The translations under genes and the position numbers were made by a program. DNA of 64,000 bases from the human T2T-CHM13v2.0 reference genome, Homo sapiens, in NCBI RefSeq assembly GCF_009914755.1, contig NC_060934.1; one strand, given 5' to 3'. How positions within the stretch are numbered: position 1 is the first letter of the stretch; each line of letters opens with the position of its first letter. The notes under the pieces were generated by a model. It made no database searches. It was not told where the DNA came from and worked only from the letters and a program-made list of their open reading frames with translations. Shown one piece after another: positions 15,947-31,424 of this stretch.

Positions 15947-16996
15947 GAGTGTTGTGGTGTATGTGAGTGTGTGTGTGTGCACACGTGCAGTGTGTGGTGG
16001 GGAGTGTGATGTGTGCCGTGTGTGTGTAGTGTGTGTGTGTGTATAGTTTTCAGTATGTGTGGTGTGTGTATGTGGGAGGGCTGTGATGTGTGGGGTGTGT
16101 ATGTGCTATGTGATGTGTGGTGTGCATCTGTGTGTGTGGTGCATGTGTAGTGTGTATGGTGGGTTTTGTGTGTGTGGTTTTATGGTGTATGTGTGTTTGT
16201 GTTTTCTGTGTGGTTTTGTGGTGTGCATGGCGTGTGAAATGTGGGTGTGTGTGGCATATGTAATGTGTGTGGTGTGTGTGGAGTGTGGTGCATGTGATGT
16301 GTGCTTGTGTGGTGTGTGTGTGATGTATGTGGTGGGAATGTGGTATGTGTGTGTTTGTGTTTTGTGTGTGGTTTTGTGTGTGTGTGTGCCGTGTGTGTAG
16401 TATGTGGTATGTGTGTGGTGTGTGGTGCATGTGGTGTGTGCTTTGGTGTGTGTGTGGTGTATGCGGTGATGTGTGTGTGGTGAGTGTATGTGGTTGTGTT
16501 TTTGTGTGTGAGGTTTTGTGGTGTATGTGTGGTTGTGTTTTGCGTGTGGTCTTTGTGGTGTGTGGTGTGTGATGTGTGTGGTCGTGTGGTGTATGTGGCG
16601 TGTGTGTGTGTGTTTGTGGTGTGTGTGTGGTTTTGTGGTGTGTGTGGCGTGTGTGTGTGTGTGTTGTGTGTGTGGTTTTGTGGTGTGTGTTGTGTGGTGT
16701 GTGTGTGGTTTTGTGGTGTGTGTGGCGTGTGTGTGTTGTGTGGTGTGTGTGTGTGGTTTTGTGGTGTGTGTGGCGTGTGTGTGTGTTGTGTGGGGGTGTG
16801 TGTGTTGTGTGGGGTGTGTGTGTGTGGTTTTGTGGTGTGTGTGGCGTGTGCGTGTGTTGTGTGGGGTGTGTGTGTGGTTTTGTGGTGTGTGTGGCATGTG
16901 TGTGTGTTGTGTGGGGTGTGTGTGTGGTTCTGTGGTGTGTGTGGCGTGTTGTGTGTTGTGTGGGGTGTCTATGTTGTTTTGTGGTGTGTGTAGTGT
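15947..16996. repeat. Degenerate TG/TGG-rich simple repeat (~1 kb)
   Basis: Almost only G and T on the + strand; the 3' half shows a recurring tgtggttttgtggtgtgtgtggcgtgtg unit. Confidence 0.95.
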
Positions 16997-17150
16997 GACC
17001 ATGCTCACCCGGCTGTGATGTACCTGCTGGGATCCCTGTCCCTTCCCTGGTTCACCCATGTCTCTCCTACTGAACGCCCAGCTTCTTCAGAGCCTTCTCC
17101 AAGGGGTGAGGAAGTGTGTGGCAAACACTGGGCTCCTGGACCAGGGGCAC

Positions 17151-17328
17151 CCACCCCAGGAGCATTCACCTCAGAAGCGTTGACCCAAGGAGAACTCATC
17201 CCAGGAATGCTCACCCCAGAGGCACCTACGCTAGGAGATCTCACCCCAGAAAAACTCACCCCAGAGGCACCTACGCTAGGAGATCTCACCCCCGAAAAAC
17301 TCACCCCAGGGCACTCACCTTAGGAAAC
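17151..17328. repeat. Degenerate 15-bp tandem repeat with a 45-bp higher-order duplication
   Basis: About 12 units like tcaccccagRRRMAC. The trimer tcaccccagaggcac-ctacgctaggagatc-tcaccccagaaaaac occurs twice nearly identically (17211-17300). Confidence 0.85.
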
Positions 17329-17448
17329 AGTGGTACTGGCAGAAAAGAGGTCAGGCAGTGCCACTGGCTTCCTACGGAGAAGCTCAAAGGGACAGAAGAA
17401 TTCCTGGTGAGGCCTGCCAGGAAAGGCACTGGCCACTTGCTCTGGGGT

Positions 17449-20351
17449 CACAGACACCTGCCTTGGGAGGGAGTCACAGACACCTGCTGGGGGGGCACAG
17501 ACACCTGCTGGGGAGGGACAGACACCTGCTGGGGAGGGACAGACACCTGCTGGAGAGGGACAGACACCTGCCTTGGGAGGGAGGCACAGACACCTGCTGG
17601 GGAGGGACAGACACCTGCTGGGGAGGGACAGACACCTGCTGGGGGGACACAGACACCTGCTGGGGAGGGACAGACACCTGCTGGGGGGACACAGACACCT
17701 GCTGGGGAGGGACAGACACCTGCTGGAGAGGGACAGACACCTGCTGGGGAGGGACAGACACCTGCTGGGGGGACACAGACACCTGCTGGGGAGGGACGGA
17801 CACCTGCTGGGGGGGGGACACAGACACCTGCTGGAGAGGGACAGACACCTGCTGGGGAGGGACAGACACCTGCTGGGGAGGGACGGACACCTGCTGGGGG
17901 GGACACAGACACCTGCTGGGGAGGGACAGACACCTGCTGGGGAGGGATGGACACCTGCTGGGGGGGACACAGACATCTGCTGGGGAGGGACAGACACCTG
18001 CTGGGGAGGGACAGACACCTGCTGGGGAGGGACACAGACATCTGCTGGGGAGGGACGGACACCTGCTGGAGAGGGACAGACACCTGCTGGGGAGGGACAG
18101 ACACCTGCTGGGGAGGGACGGACACCTGCTGGGGGGGACACAGACACCTGCTGGGGAGGGACACAGACACCTGCTGGGGAGGGATGGACACCTGCTGGGG
18201 GGGACACAGACATCTGCTGGGGAGGGATAGACACCTGCTGGGGAGGGACAGACACCTGCTGGGGAGGGACAGACACCTGCTGGAGAGGGACAGACACCTG
18301 CTGGGGAGGGATGGACACCTGCTGGGGGGGACACAGACACCTGCTGGGGAGGGACAGACACCTGCTGGGGGGACACAGACACCTGCTGGGGAGGGACAGA
18401 CACCTGCTGGGGAGGGACGGACACCTGCTGGGGAGGGATGGACACCTGCTGGGGGGGACACAGACACCTGCTGGGGAGGGACAGACACCTGCTGGGAGGA
18501 CACAGACACCTGCTGGGGAGGGACAGACACCTGCTGGGGAGGGACAGACACCTGCTGGGGGGACACAGACACCTGCTGGAGAGGGACAGACACCTGCTGG
18601 GGAGGGACGGACACCTGCTGGGGGGACACAGACACCTGCTGGAGAGGGACAGACACCTGCTGGGGAGGGACGGACACCTGCTGGGGGGACACAGACACCT
18701 GCTGGGGAGGGACAGACACCTGCTGGGGGGACACAGACACCTGCTGGGGAGGGACGGACACCTGCTGGGGGGGACACAGACACCTGCTGGGGAGGGACAG
18801 ACACCTGCTGGGGGGACACAGACACCTGCTGGAGAGGGACAGACACCTGCTGGGGAGGGATGGACACCTGCTGGGGGGGACACAGACACCTGCTGGGGAG
18901 GGACAGACACCTGCTGGGGGGACACAGACACCTGCTGGGGAGGGACAGACACCTGCTGGGGAGGGACGGACACCTGCTGGGGAGGGATGGACACCTGCTG
19001 GGGGGGACACAGACACCTGCTGGGGAGGGACAGACACCTGCTGGGAGGACACAGACACCTGCTGGGGAGGGACAGACACCTGCTGGGGAGGGACAGACAC
19101 CTGCTGGGGGGACACAGACACCTGCTGGGGAGGGACGGACACCTGCTGGGGGGGGACACAGACACCTGCTGGGGAGGGACAGACACCTGCTGGGAGGACA
19201 CAGACACCTGCTGGGGGGACACAGACACCTGCTGGGGAGGGACGGACACCTGCTGGAGAGGGACGGACACCTGCTGGGGAGGGACAGACACCTGCTGGGG
19301 GGACACAGACACCTGCTGGAGAGGGACAGACACCTGCTGGGGAGGGATGGACACCTGCTGGGGGGGGACACAGACACCTGCTGGGGAGGGACAGACACCT
19401 GCTGGAGAGGGACAGACACCTGCTGGGGAGGGACAGACACCTGCTGGGGAGGGACGGACACCTGCTGGAGAGGGACAGACACCTGCTGGGGAGGGACAGA
19501 CACCTGCTGGGGAGGGACGGACACCTGCTGGGGAGGGACGGACACCTGCTGGGGGGACACGGACACCTGCTGGGGAGGGACAGACACCTGCTGGGGAGGG
19601 ACAGACACCTGCTGGGGAGGGACAGACACCTGCTGGGGAGGGACGGACACCTGCTGGAGAGGGACGGACACCTCCTGGGGAGGGACGGACACCTGCTGGA
19701 GAGGGACGGACACCTGCTGGAGAGGGACGGACACCTGCTGGGGAGGGACGGACACCTGCTGGGGGGACACGGACACCTGCTGGAGAGGGACAGACACCTG
19801 CTGGGGAGGGACAGACACCTGCTGGGGAGGGACGGACACCTGCTGGGGGGACACAGATACCTGCTGGGGAGGGACAGACACCTGCTGGAGAGGGACATAC
19901 ACCTGCTGGGGAGGGACAGACACCTGCTAGGGAGGGACGGACACCTGCTGGGGGGGACACAGACACCTGCTGGAGAGGGACAGACACCTGCTGGGGAGGG
20001 ACAGACACCTGCTGGGGAGGGACGGACACCTGCTGGGGGGACACAGACACCTGCTGGGGAGGGACAGACACCTGCTGGGGAGGGACAGACACCTGCTGGG
20101 GAGGGACGGACACCTGCTGGGGGGACACAGACACCTGCTGGGGAGGGACAGACACCTGCTGGGGAGGGACAGACACCTGCTGGGGAGGGACGGACACCTG
20201 CTGGGGAGGGACAGACACCTGCTGGGGAGGGACGGACACCTGCTGGGGGGACACAGACACCTGCTGGGGAGGGACAGACACCTGCTGGGAAGGGACAGAC
20301 ACCTGCTGGGGAGGGACGGACACCTGCTGGGGGGGACACAGACACCTGCTG
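17449..20351. repeat. 21-bp G-rich VNTR (~2.9 kb, roughly 135 units)
   Basis: Unit CAGACACCTGCTGGGGAGGGA with variants (GGAGAGGG, CGGAC/TGGAC, G6-G9 ACAC). Confidence 0.98.
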
Positions 20352-21946
20352 CGGCCCACGCCAGAGCCAGGGTTTCTGGACTTGGTGTTTCCACGCAGGC
20401 GCCTGCGCCACACATCCAGGCAGCCTCCGCGCCCTGCCCCAAGTCCCTGGGTGTCCACATGGTCAGCACGGGCAGGAGCGCGGGCCTCGGCCCGGGTGCG
20501 CTTTCCATTCCCGAGGTCGTTTGTAGGAACTGGGGTGATGCCGCCTCCCGCTGGGGCTGAACCTGCCAGACTGGAAGGAAAGTCTGCGCTGAGGGGCTGC
20601 TCACACTCGGCCAGCAGGAGGCAGCAGAGGGCAGCCGCGCCCTGGCTGGGAGGCGCCCAGGGCCGGAGGGTTGCGCTCTGCAGGGTGTGTATCTGCAGGC
20701 CTGGGCTCAGCTGGCAGGATTGCGGGTCTGCAGTGTTTCTCAGGTTGTTTGTACTTCGACAGTAAGAGCTGGGCCCAGAAAATGATTTCCCAGCTCTGCA
20801 AAGATTCACAGTAAGAGCATTTCACAGGTAGGAAGCACGTCACCAGTGTTCAGAGAGCTTTCATTTATTTTCTTTTGGCCTCATAACTCTTTATGGCAGG
20901 TAGGTCAGCAGAGCAAGAACTGTGACTTATCAAGGATGAGCAAACAAACCCGGAGAGGCTGGAAATGCACGCGGGGTCCTCGAATTAAAGCTGGGCTGGG
21001 AATACCATGACTTAGATTCCCAGTGCCCAGCCCCAGCCTGGCCAGGAGGGTGGTGGCCCTGCCCCAGCTCCACCCAGCTATCTGTCCACCCTGCTTCTGG
21101 TGGGCCGCCTGGGGCCAATGCATCTCCAGTTATACTCCCATCCACCGTGATCCCAAGGAGCCAGGGTCTTGGTCTTACACCCCCAGGCTCATGGACACTC
21201 ACTGAGGCTTATTTTTAGAGCTCAGAGGACTTGAAGTGCTCCCTGAACCAGCATGCGTGGGTCAAGTTGGAAAGGGCACATTCTAGAATTTCTTGTTTTC
21301 AGTTGGTTTTATAACGCCTTTTGTTTGAATGTATTGACAGAAGACTCAGTACCGGACCCCTGAGAATGAGTCACCCCTCTTAATGGTGTACTGCCCTGTC
21401 AGTGGCACGTCTCAGGAGGTGACCCACTCGGCAGACAGCAAAGTGCTGAGTGCCATGATGGTTTCCCAGGGAGAAGGCGGATCCGAGCCGGTGGCGGGAG
21501 AAGGGAAGAGACAAAGGCCCACGCTGCGTCTTCTGGGAGTGGAGGAGCCTTTCTTTCTGGAGCAAGCAGAAAGTCATCTTATCAGTCAACTTGGCACTTC
21601 CTCCCATGAGAACGTGAGAAGATTCACATGGTTAAGGGGACTTTGATGTACAGAGATCTTGTTTCACTGCACAGGATTTTTAAGTTACTCAGATAAATGG
21701 GGGAAGACTTGACACTTATTGTGCATAATTTGAATTCAAATAGGCTCCCAGCGAAGGGAAATTACCAGACACTTCGAACAGAGTCTATGCCTTCCGTTCT
21801 GTGCCTTCTGCTGATATTTAGGCTCAGAACTGCCTTAGAGCTGCCTGATTTGTATAATCTAGAGAACAAAACCATGTTTTGGAATATCATAAAGCTGATA
21901 TTTTTATTTTTGAAATGAAGTTATCCCCACCTGTGAATTATTTCTA

Positions 21947-22329
<383 letters not shown>

Positions 22330-22763
22330 AAATAGATCATAGACCTGTATGTGAAATGCAAAACAATAAAACTCCCCCAAGATTACATAGAAGAATATTT
22401 TAGTGACTTTTGATTTGGAGACGGGTTTTTAGATACAACACCAAAGGCATAAGCCATAAAAGAAAAATATGATAAGTTGGACTTCATTAAAATTAAATAT
22501 TTCTGCTCCATGAAAGACATTGTTAAGAGAATGAAAAGATAAGCCACATACTGGAAAAGAACTGGCAAAACACATACCTTATAAAAGATTGTATCCAAAA
22601 TATACAAAGAACTCTTAAAATGTAACCGTAAGAACACAAACAACCCAATTTTGAAATGGGCAACAGATCTGAACCTCACAAATGAAGATATACACATGGC
22701 AAATAAACATATGAAAAGATACTCAGCATCATACATAATTAAGTAATTGAAAATCAAAACAAC

Positions 22764-23112
<349 letters not shown>

Positions 23113-23671
23113 TTAAATTTGACAATATCAAATGTTAGTAAGGATGAAGAGCAACAGGAACTCTCATTAATTGCTGGTGGGGATGTAAAATAGTGCAGCC
23201 AATTTGAAAGACAGTTTGTCAGTTTCTTACAATGCTAAACACACTCTTACCATAGGATCCAGCACCCACACCCCTAGGAATTATTCCAGATGAGTTGGAA
23301 ACATGTCCATGCAAAAACCTGAAATGAATGTTTATAGCAACTTCACTTACAATTGCCAAAAGTCGAAATTACGAAGGTGTCCTCCAAAAGGTGAATGGAT
23401 CAAAAAACCGTGGTGCGTCATACAGTGGGATATTATTCAACAATAGAAACAATGAGTCATCAAGCTGTGAAAAGACCTGGAGGAGTCTTCAACGTCTATT
23501 ACTAATTAAAAGAAGCCAATCTGGAATGGCCACAGGCTATATGAAGCCAACTACATGACATTCCAGGCAAAACTATAAAGACAATACAAAGAGCAATGGT
23601 TGCCAGGGGTTGTTGGGGGCAGGGAGGGACGAATGGGTGGAGCACAGGCTATTTTTAGGACAGTAAAATGA

Positions 23672-24031
23672 TTTTTTTTTTTTGAGACAGGGTTTCATTC
23701 TGTCATCCAGGCTGGAGCACAGTAATGCAGTCATGGCTCACTGCAGCTTTGACCTCCCAGGCTCAAGCAATCCTCCCACCTCAGCCTCCTGGGTAGCTAA
23801 GAGGCTCAAGCAATCCTCCCACCTCAGCCTCCTGGGTAGCTAAGAGGCTCAAGCAATCCTCCCGCCTCAGCCTCCTGGGTAGCTAAGACTACAGGTGCAT
23901 ACCACCATGCCTAGCTAAGTTTTCCTTTCTTATGCTGCCCAGGCTGGTCTCAAACTCCTGGGATCAAGCAATCCTCCTGCCTCAGCCTCCCAAAGTGCTG
24001 GGATTACAGGTGTGAACCACCATGCTCAGCC
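23672..24031 (-). mobile_element. AluJ-like with an internal 43-bp triplication
   Basis: Antisense Alu; gctcaagcaatcctcccRcctcagcctcctgggtagctaagaS three times at 23761-23889. Confidence 0.92.
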
Positions 24032-24359
24032 ATGAAACGGTTTTATATGATACTATAATGGTGAATACATGACATGATGCATTTGTGAAAACTCATGAAA
24101 CTATACAACACAAAGAGTGGCCACTTATGTACACTATGAACTTTAGTTAATAACAAGATATCAATAATAGCAGTTCATCAATTGTAGTTAATGTCAATAA
24201 TTACTAGTTACACTAGTACAAAACATGACTAATAGCAGAATTTGTATCTGTGTGTGGAGGAAGGGGGTATATGGAAACTCTCTGTACCATCTGCTCAATT
24301 TCTGTAAACCTAAAGCTTCTCTAGAAAATAAAGTCCATTAATTTTAAAAAGCAATTAGG

Positions 24360-24530
24360 AGCCGGACATGGTGGCGTACACCTGTAGTCCGAGCTATTTG
24401 GGAGGCTGAGGGAGGATGATAACTTGAGGCCAGGAGTTCAAAGCTGCAGTAAGCTATGATCATCCCACTGCACTTCAGCCAGGGTGACAGAGCAAGACTC
24501 CTTCTCTAAAACAAAATAAAAATAATTATT
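24360..24530 (+). mobile_element. Alu right monomer (FRAM-like)
   Basis: gccggacatggtggcgtacacctgtagtcc...gacagagcaagactcc followed by A tail. Confidence 0.85.
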
Positions 24531-25290
24531 TGAAAAATTAAAAAACAATTAGGGTATCATCTTGGTTTAAAAAATGTCAACAACCTTTACCCTAGATTTA
24601 CACTAGTATATTCACAATTCTGAGATCCACGTGCGGGTTCCCTTGCCTGGAGTAACTAAAATCCCAGACATGCTCTAAGATCCTGTCAACTCCGTCTTGG
24701 GAAAAGCACCATCTGCTCAGAAGCCATCACTGCCTTCTCCTTTGTTTGAGGCCACATGAGTAAATCTCTGACGGTGGGATGATTGTACCTCAAGGCTCAC
24801 ATACGCATGGAGGTGGGTGAAACGCAGGTCTTTCCCATTCTTTCTGCAGCCGTCCATGGGGTCATTGTGCCCCTGCATCACTCCCGCGCTCACTGCCGGG
24901 CCCAGGACACTGGGGGAGGCCTTAGGGAGCAGGTGCTGAAGTGGCCTCCCCACTGAACAAAGCTAGTGTGCTGGTGAGACACACACCCAGGGGGTTTGTC
25001 TTTCTCAGTCTGCAAACATCAGGCAACAAGCATGGCACCATTCTACAACTGGGTTCAGGGTTCATATTAGGCCCGAGCTCTGTCAAATCTGTATAAACAC
25101 ACTGGTTTGGGGTCCCCGTCCCTCTTTCTCTCTGTTGGTCTCTCACAGGGGAGGGCTCTGGCTCTCCGTTAGCAGGCGTCCACACTGGCGTCTCTCAGAC
25201 CCACATCTACCCTCCCAGCCCTCTGCCAACACCCTTCTTCACCCTCAGGTGGGGGCCCCTCATGGTGACCACAAGACCTCTTCAGGGCCT

Positions 25291-25995
25291 ACACACTCAC
25301 ACACATACACAGAGACACACAGAGACAGACACACGTAGCGACAGAGACACAGACAGAGATACAGAGACAGACACACACACAGACACAGACACACAGAGAC
25401 AGATACACACAGAGACAGACACACACAGAGATAGACACAGACAGAGATATACACAGAGACACACAAACAGAGACAGACACACACAGACACACACACACAG
25501 ACACAGACACACAGAGATAGATACACACTGAGACAGACACACACAGAGATATACACACAGACACACACACAGACAGAGACAGAGACACACAGAGACACAC
25601 ACAGAGACAGAGACACAGAGACATACACACAGACACACACACAGACAGACACACAGAGACACACACACAGAGACACAGACACACAGAGACACACACACAG
25701 ACACAGACACACAGACAGACACACACAGAGACACACGCACAGGGATATACACAGAGATGGACACACAGAGACACACAGAGACAGAGACGCAGAGACAGAC
25801 ACACAGAGATACACACACAGAGATATACAGAGACACACACACACAGACACAGAGACATACAGACACACACACAAACAGAGACACACACAGTAGACACACA
25901 GAGACACACTCACAGAGATAGACACACACGGAGACAGATACACTCACAGAGGCGCACGCCCCAACAGGGACACATATGGACACAGACACACACAG
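25291..25995. repeat. Mixed (CA)/(GA) low-complexity repeat (~700 bp)
   Basis: Interleaved acacag/agagac/agacac units, nearly T-free on the + strand. Confidence 0.95.
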
Positions 25996-26199
25996 GCAGG
26001 CTGAGTTCAGTCCTCACCCACATAGGGGAGCAGGAGCTTCTCCACGCCCTTCGGGGACACTCTGGGGCAACCTGGTGCCCTGCAGCTGCGTCCCCTTCCT
26101 GAGGAGGGCCCGGGGCCTCTGCTGAGGCCACTGCTCCAAGGCTCCTAAAGTGGCTGCTTGGCCCCCAGCCCCCACATTCTCCAACTTCCCTGGGGACGC

Positions 26200-26623
26200 A
26201 TATTCATTCTCTGTGGCTGCTCTACCTAGTGACCAAAATTTAGTGGCTTAAAACAGCACAAATGTCCTCGTAAGATTCTGCAGGTCAGAAATCTCAAAGC
26301 AGCCTCACAGGGCTGAAATCAGGGCTGGTGCCCTCTGGAGGATCCAGGAGAGTCGCCAGCCCTTGCCTCTCCCACCGTGAGGCCGCCTGCCTCCTCGCGG
26401 TGGCCAGCCCGCCAGCCTCTGCTTGAGTCACCTCTCCTCCCTCTCCAGCCCTCCTGCCCACTCTGTGACTCCCCCTGGCCACCGCGTCTCCCAGGATCCT
26501 CTCCGTCTCAGGATCCTTCACTCAATCACATCAGCACAGTCCCTGTGCTCCAGAGGCTGCTGTCACAGGTCCTAGGGATTGGGACGTGGACGTCCTTGGG
26601 GGGCCGTTCTCCAGCCGACCACA
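26200..26623 (-). mobile_element. MLT1 solo LTR
   Basis: tagtggcttaaaacagcacaaat...ggtcagaaatc...ends ccagccgaccaca. Confidence 0.72.
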
Positions 26624-27689
26624 GGTGCCAGTGTACCCAGCCCGGCGGGGGGGGGGCCGCTTATGGCAGACTGGCTCCTCCTCCGAGGCCCCCCTCTAGC
26701 TGTCCTCTCAGACATCTGTTCAGACATCCAATCCAGAGACTCAGGGACAGAGAGCTGGCACACAGGGCAAGGAGCCTTCCACATTTTTCTGTCTTACACC
26801 TGTACTTCGGCTCGTTATCTTAAACTGAACAGTGAAGGCTTTGAGAGTGTGTCCCCTGGTTCCGTGCGAAGGGCCACGCCCAGAAGAAAAGGAGCTGCTC
26901 CACCCAATGGGAGGAGTCCGGGGAAAGAAAAGGGGACAGGGTTCGGTTCCCCACAATTCTACTCCCCTCCAGCTATCTGGGAAAGGACCTCAGGAATGCA
27001 TGCCTCTGCCTCTGCCTCTGCCATTGCAAGGTGAGGTCCAAGGGCCATGCCGCCAGGCACTCTGGGCTTAACCTTCTGCATAGAAGACAAGAACACCAAA
27101 CTCCAGGAAGGTGGGATTCCTTCCTGGTGGCTGGGCTTGGAGGGAAGCTGGGAACCAGAGAGAGGGCCTCGGTAGAAACTGCCGGGAGGCTGCTCCAAGG
27201 GCAACTGGGAGAAATCCGAGGGGAGAGAGCAGAGCCTACAGCAGCCACGCATGTGGAGAAGAAGACAGGAAATCCTTGAAAGAGAGAGCTATTGGGAGGA
27301 AGGGCTAAGGAGTTCACATGACGTGCTCCCCTGGCCAATCTGCAAAGGTCAAGGATGGGGCGTCAGGAGCGGCCCCTCCAGCCACGGCACAGGATCCACT
27401 GTGTGTTCCCCGCAGCACCGGCGAAGCAATCAGCCACAGCAGCTGCGTGGAAAATCCTGCCCCACCACCATCCTCTTGTCCCCACGCACGACGATCCCGG
27501 GAGGCAGTGACCAGAGGGTTCAGTTTCCAGGTCACTGCATGAGGGTGTCCTTCTTGCCAGGCAGAGCCAGTGCTGAGGCTCCCCTGCAGCCTCCCCACGC
27601 CATGGACGGTGGAGTCGGAAGCATAAAAGCCCCAGGACTGCGCCGTGTTTAATAACATCCAGACTCGAGGTCACAAGCCCCAGCCTCAA

Positions 27690-27860
27690 GGTTAGAACTT
27701 ACCTTAAACTGGACTTCGATTCTTGGTGATTGTGAAGCCTTAAGCAAATTATCGAATCCCTCTATGCCCCAGTTTCATCATCTGAAAAAGCAGGATGACA
27801 ATACTCAGCTCGTAGAGCTTTGTAAGCGCTGAATGAGGAGCAGGTGAAGTGCTCAGTGCC
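27690..27860 (+). mobile_element. MIR remnant
   Basis: ccttaagcaaatt...ccccagtttcatcatctgaaaaag. Confidence 0.6.
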
Positions 27861-28117
27861 GTTCTGGACACTTGGGCTGTGTCCAGGGTGCCGCTAAGAG
27901 CACAGTCGACCCCTCTTCATACCTGCACCTGCCAGCAGCTCACAAGGTGGCCCCTGCTGAATAAAAGCAGGGGCAATTAGTAGTGGACTGCTCATACACG
28001 GCTATGGTGTCAGCATGTCAACGTGAATCAATGACTGAACAAGACACCGAGGCTCAAGGACAGCAGGGGACAGCAAGATGAGTGAGTCTATGAAAGCCCG
28101 CGTATTTCTGCATGTAC

Positions 28118-28731
28118 ACGTACTTGCTTTCTTTCCCTGCTGTAACACATTACCGCAATCTTAACGGCTTACAACACCTATTTATTCTCTCACAGTTCCT
28201 CAGGTCAGAAGGCCGGGCAGTTTTGCCTGACTGGTCTTCTGCTTAGGGTGGTGGGAGCCTGAAATCAAGGTGACAGCAGGCCCACGCCCCTTTCTGGAGG
28301 CTCTCGGACTGAATCTCCTCCCAGACTCTTCCAGGCTGTGGTCTGAATGCTGTTCGTTTGGTCAGATTCCCATCTTCATGCCGGCTCTCAGTCAGGGGCT
28401 AGTCTTGGCTCCCCGAGGCGGCCCAGGTTCCTGCTCATGCCCTTCACGCACCCCTCCACCACCCGCCGGCCAGGTCCCTCTCGTGCTCTGATGCGCTCTG
28501 ACTCTCCTTTCTGCTGAATCTCTGACTGCAGCTGGAGAAAGTTCTCGCTTTGAAATGCTCACACGATTAGATTAGGCCCGCAAGGATGATCCAGGATAAT
28601 CTGCCGAGGTTAAATCCTGGAACTTTAAGGCCATCTGCAAAGTCCCTTTAGCCATGCAACGTAACATAGCCACAAGTTGGCTCTGGGGATTGGGGCATGG
28701 ACATTTGGAGGGTCATTATTCTGCAGACCAC
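28118..28731 (-). mobile_element. MLT1 solo LTR
   Basis: gctgtaacacattacc...tattctctcacagttc...ggacatttggagggtcattattctgcagaccaca. Confidence 0.75.
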
Positions 28732-29438
28732 ACACATGCACACATCTCTCTTGTTCCTGGAACACCGATGTTCTCTCCACCACATTCAATACAGCGTGTA
28801 GAGATTTTTTTTTTGTTTGAAACAAGGAAGGAGTGCAGAGGAAGAAAGGGGACAGGCAAATGCCCCCAGGCCGGAGAAGAAAGGCCCAGGAGACAGGAGC
28901 AGGTGACTGTGGGGTTTTCCTTCTCAATTCACAACACAGGGCTAGTCACATCCTTCCGTCCATCCCTCTCTTCCTACCTCCCTTTCTTTTTTCTGTTCCT
29001 TCATTTCTTCCCATCTTTCTTCCCTTCCTTCAGCATGTGACAAAAATATGAGGATCGGATCTTTTCTGGCAGGAGGAAAGAAGAATGATGGGATGACATC
29101 TAACGCCTTGCCGGGCTCCAGCAGTACGAGGCAGCCATGTGTCAAAAGTCAGAGACACAAACCAGCACGTGCCCCTCTAATCACAGAGTCTCAGTGCAGG
29201 TCCTCCTGCCATTGCTCTTCCAGCCAGCCCACAAGCCGGGCAGACAGGGTGCCTCCGCCTCCTATTAGCAAGCTTCTAAATGTGGTTTGTTTTCCATGGA
29301 AAGATTGCACATCCTACCAATAGGCTACATCTATGATAACACTGAGATTGTTACTAAGTCTGAAATTGAAAATAATCCACATTTGGTATTTTCAAATAAT
29401 ATTTAGTAGTTGAAATCTAAATAAATCAAAATTATTTT

Positions 29439-30121
<683 letters not shown>

Positions 30122-30176
30122 TCATAGACTTGAAGAAAATTTATGGTAAGTTAGACTTTAAAATAATTCATTTGAG

Positions 30177-30875
<699 letters not shown>

Positions 30876-30878
30876 TCT

Positions 30879-31423
<545 letters not shown>

Positions 31424-31424
31424 C

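Noticed and set aside
16050-17059. Cys/Val-rich and His/Thr-rich ORFs resembling metal-binding proteins
   Set aside because: Artefacts of the TG simple repeat; the same applies to the ORFs over 25260-25989.
17449-20351. PRDM9-A motif (CCNCCNTNNCCNC) in the VNTR unit
   Set aside because: The minus-strand unit CCTCCCCAGCAGG does not match the required T and downstream CC positions.
17116-20809. Very long ORFs (775-1136 aa) on both strands
   Set aside because: They are translations of the 21-bp VNTR, whose unit lacks stop codons in all frames. Unit-length variants shift between periodic peptides, and there is no gene context.
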